Assembly: GCA_013265495.1 (NCBI GenBank)
Contig: MU058584.1
Span: 1 to 64,000 of the forward strand
Source: Vicugna vicugna
Taxonomy: Eukaryota
Length of the DNA: 64,000 bases
Reading direction: 5' to 3'
Below the pieces are notes generated by a model. It saw nothing but the letters and a program-made list of their open reading frames with translations, ran no database searches and was not told the DNA's origin. Both the position numbers and the translations under genes were made by a program. The first letter of the stretch is position 1; the number at the start of each line of letters is the position of its first letter. Of the stretch, positions 37,950-48,579 are shown in pieces.

Positions 37950-38982
37950 AGAGAGTTCAACTGAAGTTTATGAAGGAAATTTGGCCTTATACAGATCTGT
38001 GGTTAGAAAAGGGAAGAACATTTTAAGAGCTTTCTCATATAATTGTGGATATTTTTCTTTGATGCTACACGAAAACCTGACATGGGGTAGTTTCTTAAAC
38101 ATGAGTTGCATTATCTGACACCATATCAACAAACATTTCTTTCTCTATTACAAAAAATCCACTGGTCTTTCTTGCACTTTAAATGGATCTTTTACCCATG
38201 CGTTGATCAGTTGAAAAGATTGATTCATAAAGTTATGTAGATCTTTCAAATGTTGGTAGCATTTCATTATATACAATATTTTTAAAATCACATTTACTAT
38301 CACCACCAATATCAGAAAAATCTTTAATTACTAAAATCTGTCAAGCTCATGATAATGAATACAAGTTTTTCCAAAATTCTAATTTTCATTTGAAAGCTTG
38401 AATTTCATCATTGGCAATAAGTACTGTCGGATGTTTTCCTTGAAGTGACAGATTCACTTTGATCTCTTTTCAGAAAATGTCTGTGGAAAACCCAAGTCTG
38501 AATGACCAAAGTGTTTCAGTTATTCTTTAAATTAAAAATAGTATTCCAAGAAAATAAGTAGCTGATTTAGCTCAGAACTCAATTGTGCAAGAGCTGTCTC
38601 TGAAGACAGACATGGTATTTCAGTATGGAGCAGAAGTGCATACTTCCCATTTCACTGCATAGAATATTAAAAAGATGAGTTTAAATTTTAATATAATTAA
38701 TTTTTAAAATTATTTCATCAAGATTTTGTTTTTGTTTTGTTTTTGTTTTCTTACTGTGAATGTATGATGATGAAAAATATAGTTTGCTGCCACTACCTTA
38801 AATTGTGCTAAGAAAACATTAGTTTTATCGCCCATTGATTTGTGCCATAAATGTAAGTGTCAACATAGTGAAAAAGACACATAACCTCTTAGTATTATTA
38901 TACACACAGTTTTGACTTTGGAGATCCTCTGAAAGGGTCATAAGTACCCCCAGGTATCTTCAGACCAAACTGAGAATTACTG
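37950..38982. mobile_element. Charlie1-like hAT DNA transposon
   Basis: Recalled Charlie1 internal and terminal sequence (CAGATCTGTGGTTAGAAAAGGGAAGA...; CCTCTGAAAGGGTC...CAGACCAAACTGAGAATTACTG). Confidence 0.65.
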
Positions 38983-39160
38983 AACTAGATCATTCTTAAA
39001 GCGCAGCCTAACCCTACCCTGAGAAATCCCAATATTTATGCATTTCTGAAGAGAAGAATCCATGTATCTTTCTATACCTAAATCAGTTCTCTAGATATAA
39101 CAAAATAATTTTTGACCTCAACTTCAGGTCAATCTTTTTAATATTTTTAATTGGATGCTT

Positions 39161-39562
39161 TTTTCTTTTTTTTTTTTTCTTTTTTCAGTTGAGGTAGAGT
39201 TGACTTACAATACTGTGTTAGTTTCAGGTGTACAGCAAAGTGATTCAGTTTCACATGTATAATATTTTCCATTATAGGTTATTATAAGACACTGAATACA
39301 GTTCCTTGTGTTACACAGTAAATCCTTGTTGCTTACCTATTTTATATATAGTAGTGTGTATCTGTTAATCCCAAATTCCTATTTTATCCTGTTCCCTTTC
39401 CTCTTTGGTAACCATAAGTTTGTTTTCTATATCTGGGAGTCTGTTTCTGTTTTGTATATAGATTCATTTGTATTTTTTTTTAGATTCCACATAGAAGTGA
39501 TATCATATATTTGTCTTTCTCTGCCTGACTTACCTCACTTAGTATGATAATCTCTAGGTCCA
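39161..39562 (-). mobile_element. 5'-truncated L1 3' end
   Basis: Poly(T) followed by a cetartiodactyl-type L1 3' UTR; TSD AATTGGATGCTT at 39149-39160 and 39563-39574. Confidence 0.85.
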
Positions 39563-39629
39563 AATTGGATGCTTCTTAAAAAGTCTAAGTTGATTATACT
39601 ACATGTTCTTTTATTCGTTTATACATCTG

Positions 39630-40495
39630 TGAGAAGAAGCAACAGCTTTTGCATAGCATAAGAAGCAATCAACAGAGTGAAAAGGCAGCCTATAAAATGG
39701 GAGAAAATATTTGCAAACTCTATATGTGATAAGGGATTAATAAAGAACCCATACAACTTGATAGCAAAAAACGAAGTAACCCAATTTGAAAATGGGCGAA
39801 GAACCTGAGTAGACATGTCTCAGAAGAAGACACACAGGTACATGGAAAGGTGCTCAAAGTGACTAATCTTCAGGGAGATGCAAATTAAAACCACAATGAG
39901 ATATCACCTCACACCTGTCTGAACGGCTATTATTAAAAAGACAAAAAGAGAACAAGTATTGGCACAGCCATGGAGAAAAGGGAACACTTATGCACTGTTG
40001 GTAGCAATGTAAATTGGTGTAGCCGTTCCTGATAAACAGTATGAAGGTTCCTCAAAAAATGAAAAATAGAACTAGCTAATGAACAGGAATCCCACTTCTG
40101 GATTTATATCTAAAGGAAATGAAATCATTATCTCAAAGAGAGAATATACCTTCCCACGTTCACTGCAGCACTATGCACAATAGCTGAGAAGTGAAAACCA
40201 CCTAAATGTTGACAAATGAATGGATAAAGAAAGTGTGAGGTAAGTGTGTGTATATATGTATATATTATATACTGTATATTATATGTATAATATATGATTA
40301 CACACACAATGGAATATTATTAAGCTTTGAAAAAGAGAAAATCCAGCCATTTGCAATAATATGGATGAACTTGGAAGACATTATGCCAAGTGAAATAAAC
40401 CAGACACAGAAAGACAAATAGTGTATAATCTCATTCATATGTGGAATCTGAAATAGCCAAACTCATAGAAGCAATGAATAGAATAGTGGTTGTCA
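39630..40495 (+). mobile_element. L1 ORF2 3' end and 3' UTR fragment
   Basis: GGGAGAAAATATTTGCAAAC, CAAATTAAAACCACAATGAGATATCACCTCACACCTGT and related canonical L1 motifs. Confidence 0.9.
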
Positions 40496-40524
40496 AGTGA
40501 TGAGGGAAAGAAAGAGGGAGAGAA

Positions 40525-40765
40525 TGATAATGAGGAATTGGCTCACAAGATCACGGAGGCTGAGAAGTCCCATGATCTGCCATTTGCAAGCTGGAGACCC
40601 AGGAAAGGAGAATTCAGTCCGAGTCCAAAAGGCCTGAGAACCAGAGGAGCTGATGCTGTAAATCCTGGTCCAAGGGCCGGAGAAGACGAGATGAGATATC
40701 TCGGCTCCAACATTGAGGCTGGAAAAAAGAGAGGTGAATTCTTCTTAACTTTGGCTTTTGTTCTA
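40525..40765. mobile_element. MLT2-like ERVL LTR fragment
   Basis: GAGGAATTGGCTCAC...GGAGGCTGAGAAGTCCCATGATCTGCC...GCTGGAGACCCAGGAAAG. Confidence 0.7.
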
Positions 40766-41035
40766 AAAGAAAAAAAAAACCTAAAACACAATACTTTTAT
40801 GTAAATTAATAATACTAAATATTTCTCAAGCATAAATATATACATGTATAAAGAAACATAGTAAACATTGAACAGTGGGTGCTCATGTGGAAGAGAGAAT
40901 AGTAATGTGAATGAAGGTAAAAAAAATAAAACAAAAGAAGGAACTTGAAAAGATTAGTGATGACAGCTTGCTATAAGCATGAGACAGAAAGTAGATTTTG
41001 GAGTGAGACAGGCTTCTATTCAAATTTCAGTTCTA

Positions 41036-41164
41036 GGAGGGAGGGTATAGCTCAGTGGTAAAGTATATGCTTAGCATGCACGAGGTCCTGAGTTCAATAT
41101 CCAATAGCTCTGTTTAAAAAAATTCAAATAAATAAATAAGTAAATCTAATTTAACCCCATTAAA
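41036..41164 (+). mobile_element. Camelid Vic-1-type SINE inserted in a MIR
   Basis: GGGAGGGTATAGCTCAGTGGTAAAG...GCTTAGCATGCACGAGGTCCTGAGTTCAAT; perfect TSD AAATTTCAGTTCTA at 41022-41035 and 41165-41178. Confidence 0.9.
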
Positions 41165-43324
41165 AAATTTCAGTTCTATCACCACATATGTAAAATTGGG
41201 TTAATAATAATAAAAGGGCCCTTGTGGGGACTAAATAAAGTAATATCTGTGCAGCACTTGGTATGGTGCTTGTCACACACTTGTGGCTGCAGCACTCACT
41301 GAAAGTAAGCTGGTGTCACTGTCAACAGCAACAGCAACGTTATTCCTTTATCATCGTCCTCACTGAAAACATCTTGTTCATCAGAATCCTTATCAGATGA
41401 TGGCACATCTTGTCTAGAAATTACATTGTGATAGGCTTCAAAGAATTGCTTGGGTGACATGTTAATTGTTAAATTTATCTGCATAGTAAAAGCATGAAGA
41501 ATTAAAAATTCTGCAGGGAAAAGTCCTGGATGGAGAAAGAGATCCAACTTGGGAAAAATGCAGAAGAAAGCCTAGAACAATGAAATATTGGGTGGTAGAC
41601 TCTTCAAGCCAAAATTTGAACTCTGTATGATATCAACCCCGTGGGTGATTCTCGAGATTTTCAGGGAGGGCTCTGCACCTCATGAATTTTGAGTGTGATC
41701 AAGTTTCTTGCAGAACCTGGTGAAAAGGCTGAGATCTGTGTTCTGTTCTTGGTGATAAGAAGCCAAAATAGAGTCAGCTTCTGTAGACTAAGGGGTCAGC
41801 TGATGGGTGCATTACATTCTTATCGTAGAGTGGTGGCCTGGTGCAGAAGTCAGATCTCAGGGGCGGGTTGTGAATGATGTGGGGAGGCCCATGCTAGCCC
41901 CAGATGTGGCATCAGATAGGACATGGGGAAGCTGGGAGCATCTAGCCTAGGCCCACCTAAAGCCGGCAATATATGATCTCTGTACTAGAACTCAGCATCC
42001 GGTTCTCCCCTCCCCTACTCCTGAACATCTTATTAATCACCTTCCTACTTTTTAGACCCATAAGACTCTCTCTCTCTTTTGTCAAAACCTGCTCTTAAAA
42101 CAGGATCTGAAGTGGCCAGGATAATTTAAATGACCAATCACATTTCTCTAAGTGGTATTTACATTTTTACTAAGAAATAGCATGTTAAGAGAAACAATAC
42201 AGGAATTCCCAGAGTGGAGGTTTTTGGGCATCAGCAAGCAAGAGCAGAAGAGACTATCTTAAAGGGGATTGACAGTGTCTGATAATCAATCTCCTTCCTG
42301 CCAGAGCTCCAAGTGAAGGAGGTGCCCCTGTACTAAAGAGACACAGATGAGAATAGAAGACCGTCCAAGGAGACATACTATCAGGTTGGAAAATTCATTA
42401 AGTATTTACATGAGAATTCAGGTTCCCGTTGCTCAGGTATGATCACATGGCTCGGAAAGCACAAGAAGTAGAGTTGGGAGGTTCGATCTGAGAAACTTCT
42501 GAGGGGCTGATGCAGTGACTTCTCTACTGCAGGTAAGGACCACTGGAACCAGGGCATGACTAGGGTTGGATAAAAGGAAGGAAGGCACAACAGAGTGGAG
42601 ATGCCATAGGGTGAGTTCATTGGGCTGGGTAGGAAAGGAGAAGTACCTAATTTCCTGACGGTTTATGTTTTCAGGAAGGAGAACGACAGGGGAAACACGT
42701 ATTTCTATTCTTGTTTGGGACACTGAAGGAGGTTGGTGAGTCATGCTTGTCTACTCACGCATAGGAGGATGTGAGCTCTGAGTGCACAGAGCCCAATGTC
42801 AACCTCACTGGGCCTCACACCAATGTCTGTCACCAGGAAGTGAGCAGAATGAAGGCCCTGGGTGGACCTTGAGGACATGAAGATGTGTCTTTCTCAGTTG
42901 AGGCTTATGGGATCAGCTGGAAGATGGGGAGGAGGTGGGATGGGAATGGGATGTTGATGGGAGCTAAAGGAAGTAGGGTCAGCTGCCAGAGCCTGGGGTT
43001 CCATGTGGCTTCTTGGGCTGCAGAGGGCACAGACTCTGCTCAGCAGGCCTTCTCTACAGGAGTTGGTGCTGGCCTGACATGTGAGGTGCCTTTATGGGTA
43101 GTAGGTGGGACAGTGCCTGATGCTTGGGACAACTGAAGGTGGACACACGTACAGCCTATCTCTTGCTCTCTCCAATTCACCATCTTCAGGAATTAGGAAT
43201 GAGTGGGGGAAGCAGCAATGTCTCCCAGAACCCAGTGGTCTATATTGGCCGCTGTCTCGCTCTCTTCCCTCAGCCCATGCAAGCACATTTCTGTTGTTCT
43301 GCAGCTGCCGCAGGCAGATCCATC

Positions 43325-43355
43325 ATGTGGGCACTGGCAGTTCTCTTGCTTCTGG
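43325..43355 (+). CDS. FCRLB: FCRLB S1 exon (coding part)
   Basis: ATCATGTGG...CTTCTGG|gtgagt, MWALAVLLLL. Confidence 0.88.
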
Positions 43356-46300
43356 GTGAGTACTCAATGAGGCAACAGCATAAGGACTTCAGGTGTGGGG
43401 AAGAGTGGCGATCAAGGCGTGTGTGTGTGTATGGTGGGGGATATTCAGTTCTCCATTCCAAAGTTCATTATCTATTTTTAGAGAGATAAAGAAGAAAGGG
43501 CTTTCTCAGAGCTGAGGAAATTAAAGGAAGAATAAAAACAGGCTTTGAAACCAGCTGAGTCTTCCCTGTGGTAAAGACAGTCCCATTCTCTCCTCTCATC
43601 ACCAATATTCTCCTTCTTCTTCCTTCTTTATTTCTTGTTTTGCAGTTTCAAGCAGTGGGCAAGCTGGTGAGTCTTCCACATCCCACATCCCAATTTTCTA
43701 CAGTGTCCACTCCAACCCTCTAAGTGACCTGTCTGGGTACTCCCCACTTCCTAGCTTTTCTGGGGTAGTGTCTCTTCCCATGCCTCCTCAATCCCTGTAA
43801 CTTAGTTTGCTTGTAGGCACTGGCCCTTAGAAATAGGTGCACTTACAAACGGGTGCTGACCGAGGGACTGATAGTTCATAACCCAATGTGGTCTCTCCTC
43901 CCACAGGGATGGGCTAGTCATGTGGGCTGGATACTGGAACTGGAGTTTTCTTAGATTTCCCAATCTCAGGCCACATCTTTGAGCACATTGCCTTGATTCT
44001 TTGTTTTACATTGCCCCTTCCTATATATCCCCAGCTACTCTGGAGAAGCCCATATTGTCTCTACACCCACCCTGGACCACAATCTTCAAGGGGGAGCGGG
44101 TAACCTTGCGGTGTGATGGTTACCACCCTCTGCTCCTGGAACTCCGGCCCATCAACACCCTCTGGTATTTGGGCCACCTACTCTTGCCCTCTCACAAGAA
44201 GAGCATTGAGGTGCAGACACCAGGGGTGTATAGATGCCAGACACGGGGCGCCCCTGTCAGTGACCCCATTCACCTCTCTGTATCCAATGGTGAGTATTTG
44301 AGCATAGGGGAGGGACAGCACACATCTCCTCTGGTGATACTGGCCTTCCTATAGAAGGGGACACTGGGGCACTCCCACTGGGGCAGGAAGGGAGTGTGGT
44401 TATATTGAGTCTCTGGAGCAGGCAGAGGCCTGGTACTATGTAAAAGACTCAGTAAGGCCTACCTGGCTCCAAAGTTCCCCTCACCCTCTGGCCACAATGG
44501 ACAACAGATAAACATTTCTGTCTGTGAGACTAGCTCAGAAGTGAAAAGGTTCTAAGGACTTGGGATACTGAAGGGGTTGGGGGAGAGGTGGGCAGAGAGG
44601 GAAAGGCAGGAAAAGTGAGCTGGTTGCGTGCAGCTGGAGGAATTACTTTTGCTTGAACAGTGTGATGCCTCTCTATGTCTTCCATTAGTAAAATAAGGAC
44701 AATAATAGTATCTATCTTTTCGGTTTTTGTGAAGATTAAAAGTGAATTATGACAGGCTGTCAAAGAAAAAAGCAGCAGATGAACAAAGCACCTCATCAAA
44801 ATTTTATCACAGACATGTACACATGTGTACATGGGATTCAATTAGCTGTACATCAGAAACTAATACAACATTGTAAATCAACTATACTTCATTTAGAAAA
44901 AAAAGATAAAAGAGAAACTAACTCCCAAGGGACATTAAAAAGTTTCAAAACAGGATAAGCGAAATAACAGAAACTTGTTCATTAGGGCGCAGGATTGACT
45001 ACTTTGTAGAGAATGTCATTTTAGTCTGGTAGGCTATACTTCACATTCTAAATTTAAAGATCAGCACTCAACCTTCAGATTAGCACTTACACTTCATATC
45101 CATACTCTGTGGTTTCTTGTTTGGAAATTGATAGCAAGTACAGATAAAATACTGAATATGACAGATGGTAGTTAGACTGCTTGCAGAACTGAGAGTAACA
45201 TAGAGATTGTAGCTATTACTTGTGGAATTCTTTTTCACTGTAAAACAACTAAAGGGGCATCTAGCACACACTAGGGCTATGTAAATGTCAGCTATGATGA
45301 GGATGTGATCAGGTGAATAAGGGTGCTGTTTGGAGGTGCCTAAGGCAGACCTGGAAGGTCAGGTAAGTTTTCTGGAGGAGTTAAGATCTAAGCCCAGACC
45401 AGCAGGATAAGTAGGCCTCAACTAAAACAGGTGAAGGGGTGTTCTTGGCAGGTACAAAGACTCTGGGCTCAGAGCAGGGCCAGTTTGCCCAGCAGTCCAG
45501 TATGGCTGGACTTAGCCTGCATTAGGAGTAGAAGGTGGAGAAGGAAAAGGAGCCATGGGACAGGGGAGAATCCTGAGATGGTGCTGAAAAGGTAAGCAAG
45601 GGCCAGGCCAGGAAGGCCCTGATGCCATCCTAAGGAGTTTAAACTGGATTCTGATGGGCATTACTCTTTGAGCCTGGAACCAACACTCAGGCATCTTTGC
45701 CTTCTTAGCACCTGGTAAATGACTGGCCTTCCCTTTCTCTCCCCTTCTGATGCTTCCTGTTCTAAGGCTTCTGGGGTGCCCAATAAGGGGGGAGGGAGTT
45801 GGTGGGGAGAAAAAAGAAGAAGGAGAGTAGAGGGGGAGATGGGGTACAGGGAGGCAGAGAAGAATGGGAGACCCCCCCAAGGCTGGACTTTCTCTTGGAA
45901 AGGCTGTCTGTGCTGACTGTCCTAGACTGGCTGATTCTGCAAGTGCCCTTTGCTGCGGTGTTCGAGGGCGAGCCGTTGGTCCTGCGCTGCCGTGGTTGGT
46001 ATGACAAAGTCGTCTACAAACTTCACTACTATCACGATGGCCACCCCGTGCGCTACTTCCACTCCAGCGCCAACTATACCGTGCCTCAGGCGCGCACCAG
46101 CGATAGTGGGCGCTACCAGTGCTCTGGGACCATGCGCATCCCGGTGGAGAGCACGCCTATGTTCTCCTCCAAGGTGGCCGTGACCGTGCAAGGTGGGGGA
46201 GACTTGGGGCCGGGAAGGGAGGCAAATGAGCCCTGGGAAATTCTAGGACTGGAACTAGGTGGGTAAAGGAGGGGCAGAGTTTCCATTGCTGCCACATGGT

Positions 46301-47810
46301 GGATTTCTTTGCCGGACCACGAACACTTTGTTCTTTCCCACTGCTCAGTAAAGGCACAGATGACCTGTGGGTTTCCCTTCCCCTCAACATACATCAGGCT
46401 TCTTACTCCGGGTGGGATCTCATATAAGAGGTAGCTCTGTCCGCAGCCCCAGCCAGAATGGCAGCAGCAGTGAATGCGATCACAGTGGGACTGGGGCAGG
46501 CAGGCGCACTGATCCCCCTCTAGGCTGGGGAACCAGAGTTGGATGTCAGTCGGGATGTGACGCGAAGCGTCTAGACTAGTCCCGCCTCCTCTCAAGATTT
46601 CCCTTTCCCTCGTAAACTCGTTTCCCACATTTCAAAAGACTTTCCTCCCTCCACGTGTTTTACACACAGCCTCCTCCCTTGCCGGCAAGGAGCCCCAGCA
46701 GGAAACCGGAAGAGGAGAGGGGTTGTGGGACCTTGGGCAAGTGAGACCTGGTTCCCGGGGACCCTCGCATTGACCTATAGCGCATCCTTAGCCACTAGGA
46801 CCCCTTCTCCGCAGAGCTATTCCAGACGCCAGTGCTGAGGGTAACGGGCCAGACGGAGGCTCGCGGCGCGGCCCTAGGCGGGGTGATGGTGCGCTGCGAG
46901 ACGCGCTTGCACCCGCAGAAGCACGACACGCCGCTACAGTTCGCCTTCTACAAGTACAGTCGCTCCGTGCGTCGCTTTGACTGGGGCGCCGAGTACACCG
47001 TCCCAGAGCCCGAGGTCGGGGAGCTGGAATCTTACTGGTGCGAGGCAGCTACTGCCACCCGCAGCGTCCGGAAACGCAGCCCGTGGCTGCAGCTCTCTGG
47101 GCGCGGTGAGTGAACGCACGCCCTTCCGGATGCCCACATGGGCTTGGCAGCCCCGCCTCCGCCTCTCCGCACCCGCGAGTCTCCCCAACACTCCCGCTCT
47201 TCTCTCCCGCCCCCGCCTTCCCCTTTCCACCCACTCCCCATCACCACCCCACCCCACCCCATATCCTCACTCCCCTCACTACCCTCCCCGGCCGGGCGCC
47301 CCCCTCCCACCAGCCCAACCCCTCGCTCGCTCCTCCTCCGGTGGGAGGCTGATTTCGGCCGCCAGTGTATTTATTGAGTGTGTTACCTTCACAGGTTCTC
47401 CCCTGGACTTGGCGTCCACCACCGCCCCGGTCCCACAGGCCGCGGCCTTGGCGCCCGGTAGCAAGCCACTTTCCTTTAGGAAGCCCCCGGTGTCCAGATC
47501 GGTCCCGTCGGTCACCTCTGTCCCGAACACCACTTCAGCAGGGCTGCAGTTCCCCGCCGGCAGAGCCCCCACTACTGGGCCGCCGGCCTGCGCTCCAATG
47601 ACACCGTTGGAACAAACAGATGCAGCCCTGAAACCCGACGTGGACCTTCTGCTCCGAGAAATGCAGCTGCTTAAAGGTCTTCTCAGCCAGGTGGTCCTGG
47701 AATTAAAGGAGCCACAGGCCTTCCCGGAACACAGGGAAACACTTGAGACCTCCTCTTCCCACTTTGCTGTGAGCCAGGGAACCCCGGAAACCACTACTGT
47801 GGAGAGCTGA
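43325..47810 (+). CDS. FCRLB: Fc receptor-like B, multi-exon
   Basis: Exons 43325-43355, 43646-43666, 44035-44289, 45926-46192, 46815-47105, 47395-47810 total 1281 nt (426 aa). Signal peptide MWALAVLLLL, three Ig domains, Pro-rich stalk and LLLREMQLLKGLL coil, no TM. Confidence 0.95.
43646..43666 (+). CDS. FCRLB: FCRLB S2 mini-exon (21 nt)
   Basis: tgcag|TTTCAAGCAGTGGGCAAGCTG|gtgagt. Confidence 0.88.
44035..44289 (+). CDS. FCRLB: FCRLB D1 exon
   Basis: ATLEKPILSLHPPWTTIFKGERVTLRCDGY...GVYRCQTRGAPVSDPIHLSVSN; 255 nt. Confidence 0.95.
45926..46192 (+). CDS. FCRLB: FCRLB D2 exon
   Basis: DWLILQVPFAAVFEGEPLVLRCRGWYDKVVYKLHYYHDG...DSGRYQCSGTMRIPVES; 267 nt. Confidence 0.95.
46815..47105 (+). 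CDS. FCRLB: FCRLB D3 exon
   Basis: ELFQTPVLRVTG...VRCETRLHPQKHDTPLQFAFYKYSR...SYWCEAATATRSVRKRSPWLQL; 291 nt. Confidence 0.95.
47395..47810 (+). CDS. FCRLB: FCRLB terminal exon
   Basis: GSPLDLASTTAPVP...KPDVDLLLREMQLLKGLLSQVVLELKEP...TTTVES*. Confidence 0.93.
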
Positions 47811-48505
47811 GAGAGAGAGGGGTGGCTATTGTCCCCTCTCCAGGTGCATTCACCCCTGGACCCCCTGCTTCCCCTCACGGGCAGACTTTCCAAAGCCATC
47901 TGCATCCGTTGTCTTGATGTGGTTTCTAAAGAAGCGTGCATAAATTATGGTGACTGTCATGTCACTCTCACCTAGCACATTCGAGCAGTTTGTAACCATA
48001 AGGCCTTCCCTCTAATCTCCTCCTTCCCCTCAGAGATTTCAGTAAGGAAGTAGAAACCTGCTATTTACTACTTTGAGGTTTTTGTTTGGAAGTGAATTTA
48101 GTCATCCTCATCTTTTCATGTAAGCCCACCCAACACAGATTTTTAGCGCAGGCAATTTTTCGGTACTTAAAGTCACTGAGGTAACTGAGTCCTTTGGAAT
48201 ATTTAAGGGTCTAGTTGTAATTATTTGTCATGAATTTAATGTTACCTTTAAAAAGACTTTCAGTTCTGCTTCTGGTGAATTTATTCCCTTAAAGTCCTGG
48301 GTTCTAGTTTTAGGGGGAAATGGACTTGTGTGGGACTCCCATTCTAGGTTTCAAGGGTCAGGATTCCTGGTAAATTCACCCAGATGCACTTCCTGCACCG
48401 ATGTAGCTAGACTGATGGGCTCTGGTGACAGCAGGTAGACCATGCTTACTTTAGCCTAAATTAAACAAGTGATACCACTTGCGTCAAGAAAGCTCTTTGA
48501 GTATG

Positions 48506-48579
48506 GTCTCTGTGGTGAAATGGGTTAGTGCATTTGGCTGATAACCAAAAGGTTGGTTGTTTAGTTCCACCCAGGGATG
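48506..48579 (+). pseudogene. Retroposed tRNA-Asn(GTT)-derived pseudogene
   Basis: 74 nt colinear with vertebrate tRNA-Asn (GTCTCTGTGG...GGTTAG..GGCTG.TAACC.AAAGGTTGG...CCACCCAGGGA.G). All CpGs decayed, T-loop/B-box broken, anticodon reads GAT. Perfect 15-bp TSD AAGAAAGCTCTTTGA at 48486-48500 and 48597-48611. Confidence 0.88.

Noticed and set aside
44814..44833. Perfect 20-bp palindrome CATGTACACATGTGTACATG
   Set aside because: Lies at the purine-pyrimidine-repeat edge of a short L1 3' fragment; likely derived from low-complexity sequence
47279..47941. 220-aa antisense ORF over the FCRLB last exon
   Set aside because: Expected by-product of GC-rich coding sequence; no recognisable domain
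48506..48579. Functional tRNA-Ile(GAT) gene
   Set aside because: The body is tRNA-Asn-derived with a broken T-loop/B-box, CpG decay and flanking TSDs, so it is a retro-pseudogene
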